Shown in pieces: positions 1 to 10,000 of a stretch of DNA of 64,000 bases. Positions within the stretch are counted from its first letter, which is position 1. The number at the start of each line of letters is the position of its first letter. Source of the stretch: Eledone cirrhosa (Eukaryota); the NCBI GenBank assembly GCA_964016885.1, contig OZ024754.1:24862001-24926000 (forward strand), written 5' to 3'. Under the pieces are notes generated by a model. The model was not told the DNA's origin and searched no databases. It saw nothing but the letters and a program-made list of their open reading frames with translations. The translations under genes and the position numbers were made by a program.

Positions 1-5
1 TATAT

Positions 6-97
6 CTCCTCTCAGTTATAAAAACTATCTCTTTCTCTCTATCACCCATCTCTCCCTCTCATCTCCTTCCCTTTTCATCCTTCCCCCCCCCCTCTCT
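6..97. repeat. Pyrimidine-rich (CT/C-run) low-complexity tract
   Basis: Dominated by CT dinucleotides and C runs, e.g. tctctttctctct and cccccccccctctct. Confidence 0.6.
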
Positions 98-308
98 AAA
101 TAAAATATTTTTCCCAATATCACACATCAATCTAAAACCACTTTTCATATGTTGATTTAAAACTGCACTATCCACAAGTGTTTTTTAGCCTTCATATCAT
201 GTTCTCCTATTTTATCTGATGAAAACACAAATATTATTGCATGATGATGTTTGTTTTTGAAATGCGCATAATAAAATATATGGAACTCCTTTAACCATCT
301 TTTGATCT

Positions 309-313
<5 letters not shown>

Positions 314-359
<46 letters not shown>
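314..359. repeat. (TA)n microsatellite
   Basis: Perfect TA run of ~23 units. Confidence 0.97.
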
Positions 360-364
<5 letters not shown>

Positions 365-511
365 GAGTATATGTTGGTTGTTACCGACACTTCAGTATGC
401 AGGTTGGAGCACTCAACGTAATGCACAGGCTGGTCTGTTTATTCCGGAATAATGTAAAAACAATAAGTGTAAGTCAACGGGGTAAAATTACCTTCGTTTA
501 TTCATATTCGT

Positions 512-564
512 TGCTATATATATTTCAGTGATAGCCATTATTCAACAGTTGACCTCATCAGGCA
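512..564 (-). ncRNA. Degenerate minimal type I hammerhead ribozyme-like motif (possible Penelope-like element relic)
   Basis: Minus strand reads TGC-CTGATGA-GGT...ACT-GAAA-TATATA-TA-GCA. Both core boxes are in order, with a 3-bp stem I (TGC/GCA), a short stem II (GGT/ACT) and a palindromic stem III insert. G10.1 faces T rather than C. Stems are short, so a chance match is possible. Confidence 0.3.
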
Positions 565-683
565 GTAAGAGCTTGAACAGAAAAAAAAACAGGAAAATAT
601 AATGTTGTAATAGATTTTACCTTGTTAATCCATTGATATGTTCAGATCCAGAGTGCGGTGTTAGTACTCTAAGGAACTGAAAG

Positions 684-687
<4 letters not shown>

Positions 688-743
<56 letters not shown>
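688..743. repeat. (TA)n microsatellite
   Basis: Perfect TA run of ~28 units. Confidence 0.97.
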
Positions 744-746
<3 letters not shown>

Positions 747-1073
747 CACGTTTCTAAGTACCTTTTAAAGAACTCGCCTCCTTAACATTGATTTACATGT
801 TTAATCTATAGATTTTTTTCTTTTTTCTAGCCCACTCATAATTATTAGTTCATTTAGCGTATGCTCGTGGCTTTTCGGTTACATTGTCTCCCCTAGACTA
901 TCTAGATTATCTGCCTTTTATTTGGTGCTCTTCCTCTTTGTTCTGTAATTTCCTTTTTGCATAAATATTTTCCGGTTTAATTTTCATCGGCACAGGTTGA
1001 ATAAGTTGGTCCTCAGGGATAAGGAAACGTATGTACCTGGTAAGGTACCGTTATAGTAACTAACCTTTAAAAT

Positions 1074-1159
1074 GATATATATGTGTGTGTGCGTGTGTGT
1101 GCGCGTGTGTTTGTGTGTGTGTGTGAATTTATGAATGTATGTATGTATGTATGTATGTA
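1074..1159. repeat. Compound microsatellite (AT)n-(GT)n-(ATGT)n
   Basis: Imperfect GT run at 1082-1125 followed by ~6 ATGT units at 1135-1159. Confidence 0.9.
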
Positions 1160-1645
1160 GGGTCACTCTTGGGTGCTATTGGTAACATGTAACCCAGTAC
1201 AACCTGTCGCGTGGTCGGGTCGTCGGCGACTAAAGCGGCAAGCCCACCAAGTTTACTTGGTGAGGAGGGTGATTTTGGACACCCTGCAGGACAAAAAACA
1301 AAACCTGACAAAGGGCGGAAGAACTCATAAGAGTCAACGGCCATCCAAAAGTGTGTAAATATGTATATACACATGTACCACGCGATTAAACCACTGGGAG
1401 TGAACGACCCCTAGACTTTGTCAGGGCATTCTTCTAGGAGAAGGCAACTCAGGAAACTGGGATAACTCCGATATAAAACATGCGGCTCAGTAGTTACCGA
1501 TGATGTTGATCTTTTCTTCTTTTCGGGTTATAGCTACTGTCTCTCAGAGAGTGGGATTGGCTCAGTGCACAGTCTTTCCTCACTTTAAAAAAATATCTTC
1601 ACGCACAGGCATTGCACGATAGAATTAATTAATAATTATTAATAA
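1160..1645 (+). mobile_element. Putative non-LTR retroelement-derived interspersed repeat with structured 5' part and AAT-rich tail
   Basis: Abrupt switch to higher-GC complex sequence after a microsatellite, many internal complementary blocks, and an (AAT)-like tail at 1622-1646. Motifs GGCGACTAA, GAGGAGGGT and CTAGGAGAAGGCAACTC recall RTE-type LINE 5' regions from memory. No RT ORF or TSD seen. Confidence 0.35.
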
Positions 1646-1662
1646 TGGTATATCGTGCAATG
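1610..1662. repeat. Perfect 12-bp inverted repeat around an AT-rich spacer
   Basis: CATTGCACGATA (1610-1621) and TATCGTGCAATG (1651-1662) with a 29-nt spacer. Confidence 0.85.
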
Positions 1663-1918
1663 GCCATACTCGATAACGAGGGGGCAGCCATCATGTATGT
1701 ATACTCATGTATGTATGTATACGAATAAGTATTAACACTCCATACCTCGCCCACGTGCACACACTTGTTGCTAGCTGAGTCCGATGCCTTGGGTAGATTT
1801 TTGAGGGAGCCAATGACCGGAAGTGAACTATTATCAAACCGAATATAAAATAGATATATATATACATAAATGAATGAATAAATAGATATATCTAAAAAAG
1901 CAAAAGGAAGATAAATAA

Positions 1919-1943
1919 TGTTGTTGTTGATGTTGTTGTTGTT
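1919..1943. repeat. (TTG)n microsatellite
   Basis: tgttgttgttgatgttgttgttgtt. Confidence 0.85.
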
Positions 1944-1982
1944 TATGTCGTTCAGGTTTGGTATTTGTTTACCGCCACGAAA

Positions 1983-2405
1983 ATCATCATCACCATCCCC
2001 ATCTCTACCACCAACACCAAACCACCGCCGCCGCCACCACCACCACCACCACCACAACCACCACCGCCGCCGCCGCCACCATCACCGCCACCACCACCAC
2101 CGCCGTCGCCACAATCACCGCCACCACCACCACCGCTGCTGCCAACATCACCGCCACCACAATCACCGCCACCACAATCACCGCCACCGCTGCCGCCACC
2201 ACCACCGCCACCACCACCGCCACCGCCACCACATCACCACCATCACCACCATCACCACCACCACCACCACCACCGCCACCGCCACAGCCGCCACCACCAC
2301 CACAATCACCGCCGCCACCACCACCACGATCACCGCCATCACCACCGCCATCACCGTCACTGCCGCCGCCGCCGCCACCAGCACCACCACCACCACCACC
2401 ACCGC
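1983..2405. repeat. Imperfect (CCA/CCG/TCA)n trinucleotide tract
   Basis: ~420 bp of CCA/CCG triplets. It gives poly-Pro, poly-His and poly-Thr ORFs in three frames and poly-Gly/Val on the other strand. Confidence 0.93.
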
Positions 2406-2470
2406 TATAAAGAGTATAATTTGAACCGATTGGTTCAAGTAACATTGAGCCAAATATTTGCCGCGGAAAC

Positions 2471-2510
2471 ATCTGGAAGCACCTGGAATCATCTGGAATC
2501 ATCTGGAAGT
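2471..2510. repeat. 10-bp tandem repeat x4 (ATCTGGAATC-like)
   Basis: atctggaagc acctggaatc atctggaatc atctggaagt. Confidence 0.85.
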
Positions 2511-2555
2511 TATATATCATACATATGATAACCATTTTAGCAAATCACAAAAGAG

Positions 2556-2952
2556 GTATGTGTGTGTGTGGTTTGTCTGGGTGGACTGTATGTTTGATGT
2601 GTGTGTATGCTGTGTGATGTGTGTGTACTGTGTGGTGCGTGGGTGGGTCGTGTGTATGTGTGAGGTGTGTGTCTGTATGTGTAAGTCTATGCTGTGCTTG
2701 GTGTGCGTACTGTGCGTATTGTGTGTGTTATGGTGTGTGTGTGTGTGTAATGTGTTTGATGTGTGTGTTAATGGGTGTAGTGTTCTTGTGTATATATGTG
2801 TATGTGTGTATACTGTGAATTCTGTGTATGTGTTGCTGTGTTTGTATGTGCGTGTGGGTATATGATGTATGTGTGTGTGCTGCGAGTATACGCTGTATGT
2901 GTGTGTATGCTATTCATGTTGTGTGTGTGAACTGTGTGTGTGTGTCTATGTA
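2556..2952. repeat. Degenerate (GT)n low-complexity tract
   Basis: ~400 bp of interrupted GT/TG repeats, explaining the Val/Cys-rich ORFs. Confidence 0.9.
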
Positions 2953-3408
2953 TTTATATAAACCAGTTGGACAAATATAGGAAACAGAAAATTCAGAAGA
3001 GACAAACACATGGACATTTTCCGCTCATCAGCTGTCTTCTGGGGATCATTAAAGTTTCGGATATTTTAAAGGCCATACTATCCACAACAAGTCCGTCAAT
3101 AGTATCCAAAGATAGCCAACGGACGTTGGACAAAAAAGAACAAGTTAGATATATATCACTGTTTGAGAGGGGGGGGGGGAGAACGAGAGAGAAGAATAAG
3201 TGCTTAACGTGTAGGATATGAGGGTGGTATAGTGAAGTAGAACAATATAGAACTAAGAGATGACACAGGTGGAGAGACGAGACTTAAATGAGGGGTATCA
3301 CCCTTCACTTCAAGAGATAGACACTTATTTGCTGGCTTGCCTGTCTCTGTGTACGAGGGTATATCTGTACATATATATTTGTGTACAGACAAACACAATT
3401 TCTCCCAA

Positions 3409-3437
3409 ATATGTATGTGTGTGTGTGTGTATGTATG
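3409..3437. repeat. Short (GT)n/(ATGT)n microsatellite
   Basis: atatgtatgtgtgtgtgtgtgtatgtatg. Confidence 0.75.
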
Positions 3438-3553
3438 AATATGTTGCCACAACGTTTGAGATACGCGGACTTCATCAATTGACCTCAGTGTGTCCACTTC
3501 TCATTATATGACTGCAATAAACTAAAACCAACAATATATATATATATATAAAT

Positions 3554-3689
3554 TACTTTATTTTTTTCGATCCCCGGGGTGATAACATCTAAAGTTGACT
3601 ACAGCGGGATTTGATCTGAGTACAGAGAGCCAAAAGGAATACCATAAAGCATTCTATCCGACGTTCTAACGACTTTGCCAATTCGCCGC
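3554..3689 (-). mobile_element. Diverged, truncated tRNA-derived SINE copy related to 3787-4006
   Basis: Colinear similarity to the downstream copy: tactttattttt..cga.cccc, aaagtt.ac..cagcgggatttga.ct.ag, tccgac...cta.cga...tgccaat.c.ccgc. Confidence 0.75.
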
Positions 3690-3786
3690 AGCTGAACAAG
3701 ACACAAAACAATGAGGTAGAAAATACTAAATAATCTCAAATTTATGGCAAATAATATTTGCTCTCTTTCTTCTTATAAGTCATATT

Positions 3787-4006
3787 GGTTTCTTATATAG
3801 GCACAAGGCCAGTGATTTTGGGGGAGGAGAAAGTCGATTAAATCGACCCCAGTGCGTGACTGGTACTTTATTTTATCGACCCCGTGAGGATGAAAGGCAA
3901 AGTTAACCTCAGCGGGATTTGAACTCAGATCATAAAGGGCCGTAACTCTTTGCTGCAAAGCATGGCGTCCGACTCTCTACCGATACTGCCAATCCACCGC
4001 CCTACC
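3787..4006 (-). mobile_element. Full-length tRNA-derived SINE with 16-bp target-site duplication
   Basis: Flanked by identical TCTTATAAGTCATATT at 3771-3786 and 4007-4022. Minus strand has a GGCGG head, A box TGGCAGTATCGG, B box GAGTTCAAATCC and central GCCTTTCATCCT..GGGGTCGATAAAATAAAGTACCAG. From memory this resembles the MetaSINE domain and a common octopus SINE. Confidence 0.88.
3915..3991 (-). promoter_or_regulatory. Internal RNA polymerase III type-2 promoter (A box 3980-3991, B box 3915-3926) of the SINE
   Basis: Minus strand TGGCAGTATCGG and GAGTTCAAATCC resemble the A-box (TRGCNNARYNNG-like) and B-box (GTTCRANNC) consensus. Confidence 0.65.
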
Positions 4007-7000
4007 TCTTATAAGTCATATTATTTCAGATTATTGCATTACCTTAATTTGTTTACGGGGGAAAAATTTTCTAAAGGGATCAAAACACCACACGTTGGAA
4101 TAGGTTTCTGCAGAACCGTTAAGGACTCCTCACAGAAATAAAAACGAAAATGAGGAAAGACGGAGAGATGAATAAACTTTATAAATATTTGATACACAAT
4201 GCAGGTACAAAAAGAAACCCCCACCAAGATATTATGTACCTATTTGATATTAAAGTTGTCCGGAAAGTTCTGAGCGTTTTTAAGGTAAATCTTTTAACGC
4301 TTCATTGAACACACCCGAGATGTAACAGTTAAAACTTTGGTGTTGAAGTGGTAGTACTTTGGTGTTGAAGTGGTAGTAATTTGGTGTTGAAGTGGTAGTA
4401 CTTTGGTGTTGAAGTGGTAGTACTTTGGTGTTGAAGTAATAGTACTTTGGTGTTGAAGTGGTAGTACTTTGGTGTTGAAGTGGTAGTACTTTGGTGTTGA
4501 AGTGGTAGTTCTTTGGTGTTGAAGTGGTAGTAATTTGGTGTTGAAGTGGTAGTACTTTGGTATTGAAGTGGTAGTAATTTGGTGTTGAAGTGGTAGTACT
4601 TTGGTATTGAAGTGGTAGTACTTTGGTGTTGAAGTGGTAGTACTTTGGTGTTGAAGTGGAAGTACTTTGGTGTTGAAGTGATAGTACTTTGGTGTTGAAG
4701 TGATAGTACTTTGGTGTTGAAGTGGTAGTACTTTGGTGTTGAAGTGATAGTACTTTGGTGTTGAAGTGATAGTACTTTGGTGTTGAAGTGGTAGTACTTT
4801 GGTATTGAAGTGGTAGTACTTTGGTGTTGAAGTGGTAGTACTTTGGTGTTGAAGTGATAGTACTTTGGTGTTGAAGTGATAGTACTTTGGTGTTGAAGTG
4901 ATAGTACTTTGGTGTTGAAGTGGTAGTACTTTGGTGTTGAAGTGATAGTACTTTGGTGTTGAAGTGATAGTACTTTGGTGTTGAAGTGGTAGTAATTTGG
5001 TATTGAAGTGGTAGTACTTTGGTGTTGAAGTGGTAGTACTTTGGTGTTGAAGTGATAGTACTTTGGTGTTGAAGTGGTAGTACTTTGGTGTTGAAGTGGT
5101 AGTAATTTGGTATTGAAGTGGTAGTACTTTGGTGTTGAAGTGGTAGTACTTTGGTGTTGAAGTAATAGTTCTTTGGTGTTGAAGTGGTAGTACTTTGGTG
5201 TTGAAGTGATAGTACTTTGGTGTTGAAGTGGTAGTACTTTGGTGTTGAAGTGGTAGTACTTTGGTGTTGAAGTGATAGTACTTTGGTGTTGAAGTGGTAG
5301 TTCTTTGGTGTTGAAGTGGTAGTACTTTGGTGTTGAAGTGATAGTACTTTGGTGTTGAAGTGGTAGTACTTTGGTGTTGAAGTGATAGTACTTTGGTGTT
5401 GAAGTGATAGTTCTTTGGTGTTGAAGTGGTAGTACTTTGGTGTTGAAGTGATAGTACTTTGGTGTTGAAGTGGTAGTACTTTGGTGTTGAAGTGGAAGTA
5501 CTTTGGTATTCAAGTGATAGTACTTTGGTGTTGAAGTGGTAGTACTTTGGTGTTGAAGTGGTAGTACTTTGGTATTCAAGTGATAGTACTTTGGTGTTGA
5601 AGTGATAGTACTTTGGTGTTGAAGTGGTAGTACTTTGGTGTTGAAGTGGTAGTACTTTGGTGTTGAAGTGGTAGTACTTTGGTGTTGAAGTGATAGTACT
5701 TTGGTGTTGAAGTGGTAGTACTTTGGTGTTGAAGTGGTAGTACTTTGGTGTTGAAGTGGTAGTACTTTGGTGTTGAAGTGGTAGTACTTTGGTGTTGAAG
5801 TGATAGTACTTTGGTGTTGAAGTGGTAGTACTTTGGTGTTGAAGTGGTAGTACTTTGGTATTCAAGTGATAGTACTTTGGTGTTGAAGTGGTAGTACTTT
5901 GGTGTTGAAGTGGTAGTACTTTGGTGTTGAAGTGGAAGTACTTTGGTGTTGAAGTGGTAGTACTTTGGTGTTGAAGTGGTAGTACTTTGGTGTTGAAGTG
6001 GTAGTACTTTGGTGTTGAAGTGGTAGTACTTTGGTGTTGAAGTGGAAGTACTTTGGTATTCAAGTGATAGTACTTTGGTGTTGAAGTGGTAGTACTTTGG
6101 TGTTGAAGTGGTAGTACTTTGGTGTTGAAGTGGTAGTACTTTGGTGTTGAAGTGGTAGTACTTTGGTGTTGAAGTGGTAGTACTTTGGTGTTGAAGTGGT
6201 AGTACTTTGGTGTTGAAGTGGAAGTACTTTGGTGTTGAAGTGATAGTACTTTGGTGTTGAAGTGGTAGTACTTTTGTGTTGAAGTGGTAGTACTTTGGTG
6301 TTGATGTGGTAGTACTTTGGTGTTGAAGTAATAGTACTTTGGTGTTGAAGTGGTAGTACTTTGGTGTTGAAGTGGTAGTACTTTGGTGTTGAAGTGATAG
6401 AACTTTGGTGTTGAAGTGGTAGTACTTTGGTGTTGAAGTGGTAGTACTTTGGTGTTGAAGTGATAGTACTTTGGTGTTGAAGTGGTAGTACTTTGGTGTT
6501 GAAGTGATAGTACTTTGGTGTTGAAGTGGTAGTACTTTTGTGTTGAAGTGGTAGTACTTTGGTGTTGAAGTGATAGAACTTTGGTGTTGAAGTGGTAGTA
6601 CTTTGGTGTTGAAGTGGTAGTACTTTGGTGTTGAAGTGATAGTACTTTGGTGTTGAAGTGGTAGTACTTTGGTGTTGAAGTGATAGTACTTTGGTGTTGA
6701 AGTGGTAGTACTTTTGTGTTGAAGTGGTAGTACTTTTGTGTTGAAGTGATAGTACTTTGGTGTTGAAGTGGTAGTACTTTGGTGTTGAAGTGGTAGTACT
6801 TTGGTGTTGAAGTGGTAGTACTTTGGTGTTGAAGTGGTAGTACTTTGGTGTTGAAGTGATAGAACTTTGGTGTTGAAGTCGTAGTACTTTGGTGTTGAAG
6901 TGATAGTACTTTGGTGTTGAAGTGGTAGTACTTTGGTGTTGAAGTGGTAGTACTTTGGTGTTGAAGTGGTAGTACTTTGGTGTTGAAGTGGTAGTACTTT

Positions 7001-10000
7001 GGTGTTGAAGTGATAGAACTTTGGTGTTGAAGTGATAGTACTTTGGTGTTGAAGTGGTAGTACTTTGGTGTTGAAGTGATAGTACTTTGGTGTTGAAGTG
7101 GTAGTACTTTGGTGTTGAAGTGGTAGTAATTTGGTGTTGAAGTGGTAGTACTTTGGTGTTGAAGTGGTAGTACTTTGGTGTTGAAGTGATAGTACTTTGG
7201 TGTTGAAGTGGTAGTACTTTGGTGTTGAAGTGGTAGTACTTTGGTGTTGAAGTGATAGTACTTTGGTGTTGAAGTGATAGTAATTTGGTGTTGAAGTGGT
7301 AGTACTTTGGTGTTGAAGTGGTAGTACTTTTGTGTTGAAGTGATAGTACTTTGGTGTTGAAGTGGTAGTACTTTGGTGTTGAAGTGGTAGTAATTTGGTG
7401 TTGAAGTGGTAGTACTTTGGTGTTGAAGTGGTAGTACTTTGGTGTTGAAGTGGTAGTAATTTGGTGTTGAAGTGGTAGTACTTTGGTGTTGAAGTGGTAG
7501 TAATTTGGTGTTGAAGTGGTAGTACTTTTGTGTTGAAGTGATAGTACTTTGGTGTTGAAGTGGTAGTACTTTGGTGTTGAAGTGGTAGTACTTTTGTGTT
7601 GAAGTGATAGTACTTTGGTGTTGAAGTGGTAGTACTTTGGTGTTGAAGTGGTAGTAATTTGGTGTTGAAGTGGTAGTACTTTGGTGTTGAAGTGGTAGTA
7701 CTTTGGTGTTGAAGTGGTAGTAATTTGGTGTTGAAGTGGTAGTACTTTTGTGTTGAAGTGATAGTACTTTGGTGTTGAAGTGGTAGTACTTTGGTGTTGA
7801 AGTGGTAGTACTTTTGTGTTGAAGTGATAGTACTTTGGTGTTGAAGTGGTAGTACTTTGGTGTTGAAGTGGTAGTAATTTGGTGTTGAAGTGGTAGTACT
7901 TTGGTATTCAAGTGATAGTACTTTGGTGTTGAAGTGATAGTACTTTGGTATTAAAGTGGTAGGACTTTGGTGTTGAAGTGGTAGTACTTTGGTGTTGAAG
8001 TGATAGTACTTTGGTGTTGAAGTGGTAGTACTTTGGTGTTGAAGTGGTAGTACTTTGGTGTTGAAGTGATAGTACTTTGGTATTAAAGTGGTAGGACTTT
8101 GGTGTTGAAGTGGTAGTACTTTGGTGTTGAAGTGATAGTACTTTGGTGTTGAAGTGGTAGTACTTTGGTGTTGAAGTGGTAGTAATTTGGTGTTGAAGTG
8201 ATAGTACTTTGGTGTTGAAGTGATAGTACTTTGGTGTTGAAGTCGTAGTACTTTGGTGTTGAAGTCGTAGTACTTTGGTGTTGAAGTCGTAGTACTTTGG
8301 TGTTGAAGTGGTAGTAATTTGGTGTTGAAGTGGTAGTACTTTGGTGTTGAAGTCGTAGTATTTGGTGTTGAAGTGATAGTACTTTGGTGTTGAAGTGGTA
8401 GTAATTTGGTGTTGAAGTGATAGTACTTTGGTATTAAAGTGGTAGGACTTTGGTGTTGAAGTGGTAGTACTTTGGTGTTGAAGTGATAGTACTTTGGTGT
8501 TGAAGTGGTAGTACTTTGGTGTTGAAGTGGTAGTACTTTGGTGTTGAAGTGATAGTACTTTGGTGTTGAAGTGGTAGTACTTTGGTGTTGAAGTGGTAGT
8601 ACTTTGGTGTTGAAGTGGTAGTACTTTTGTGTTGAAGTGGTAGTACTTTGGTGTTGAAGTGATAGTACTTTGGTGTTGAAGTGGTAGTACTTTGGTGTTG
8701 AAGTGATAGTACTTTGGTGTTGATGTGGTAGTACTTTCGTGTTGAAGTGGTAGTACTTTGGTGTTGAAGTGGTAGTACTTTGGTGTTGAAGTGGTAGTAC
8801 TTTGGTGTTGAAGTGGTAGTACTTTGGTGTTGAAGTGGTAGTACTTTGGTGTTGAAGTGGTAGTACTTTGGTGTTGAAGTGGTAGTACTTTTGTGTTGAA
8901 GTGGTAGTACTTTGGTGTTGAAGTGATAGTACTTTGGTGTTGAAGTGGTAGTACTTTGGTGTTGAAGTGATAGTACTTTGGTGTTGATGTGGTAGTACTT
9001 TGGTGTTGAAGTGGTAGTACTTTGGTGTTGAAGTGGTAGTACTTTGGTGTTGAAGTGATAGTACTTTTGTGTTGAAGTGGTAGTACTTTGGTGTTGAAGT
9101 GGTAGTACTTTGGTGTTGAAGTGGTAGTACTTTGGTGTTGAAGTGGTAGTACTTTGGTGTTGAAGTGATAGTACTTTGGTGTTGAAGTGGTAGTACTTTG
9201 GTGTTGAAGTGGTAGTACTTTTGTGTTGAAGTGGTAGTACTTTGGTGTTGAAGTGATAGTACTTTGGTGTTGAAGTGGTAGTACTTTGGTGTTGAAGTGG
9301 TAGTACTTTGGTGTTGAAGTGATAGTACTTTGGTGTTGAAGTGGTAGTACTTTGGTGTTGAAGTGGTAGTACTTTTGTGTTGAAGTGGTAGTACTTTGGT
9401 GTTGAAGTGATAGTACTTTGGTGTTGAAGTGGTAGTACTTTGGTGTTGAAGTGATAGTACTTTGGTGTTGAAGTGGTAGTACTTTGGTGTTGAAGTGATA
9501 GTACTTTGGTGTTGAAGTGGTAGTACTTTGGTGTTGAAGTGGTAGTACTTTTGTGTTGAAGTGGTAGTACTTTGGTGTTGAAGTGATAGTACTTTGGTGT
9601 TGAAGTGGTAGTACTTTGGTGTTGAAGTGGTAGTACTTTGGTGTTGAAGTGGTAGTACTTTTGTGTTGAAGTGGTAGTACTTTGGTGTTGAAGTGATAGT
9701 ACTTTGGTGTTGAAGTGATAGTACTTTGGTGTTGAAGTGGTAGTACTTTGGTGTTGAAGTGGTAGTACTTTTGTGTTGAAGTGGTAGTACTTTGGTGTTG
9801 AAGTGGTAGTACTTTGGTGTTGAAGTGGTAGTACTTTGGTGTTGAAGTCGTAGTACTTTGGTGTTGAAGTGATAGTACTTTGGTGTTGATGTGGTAGTAC
9901 TTTGGTGTTGAAGTGGTAGTACTTTGGTGTTGAAGTGGTAGTAATTTGGTGTTGAAGTGATAGTACTTTGGTGTTGAAGTGGTAGTACTTTGGTGTTGAA

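Noticed and set aside
1160-1290. Complete HDV-like or twister ribozyme
   Set aside because: Partial cues exist (GGTCAC/GTGGTC as P1, short hairpin plus CTAA, AAGCCC...GAGGAGGG). P2/P3 of HDV and the UAA/T1 elements of twister could not be paired, so it is kept only as an unassigned structured candidate.
1918-2535. Extensin/formin-like poly-Pro, His-rich or Gly-rich protein ORFs
   Set aside because: Five overlapping ORFs arise from one CCA/CCG microsatellite with no complex flanking coding sequence.
2458-2865. Cys/Val-rich ORFs
   Set aside because: Translation of degenerate (GT)n.
3020-3105. Second hammerhead on the minus strand (CCGAAAC at 3054-3060, CTGATGAG at 3024-3031)
   Set aside because: The boxes are present but stems I-III cannot be formed convincingly in any topology. 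At most a heavily decayed relic.
3787-4006. tRNA gene
   Set aside because: A/B boxes are present but there is no cloverleaf. The downstream SINE body and TSD show it is a retroposon head.
984-4227. Remaining short ORFs of 60-142 aa in the flank
   Set aside because: They overlap microsatellites or SINEs, often start at non-ATG codons, and show no recognisable domain. Small spliced exons cannot be excluded without RNA data.
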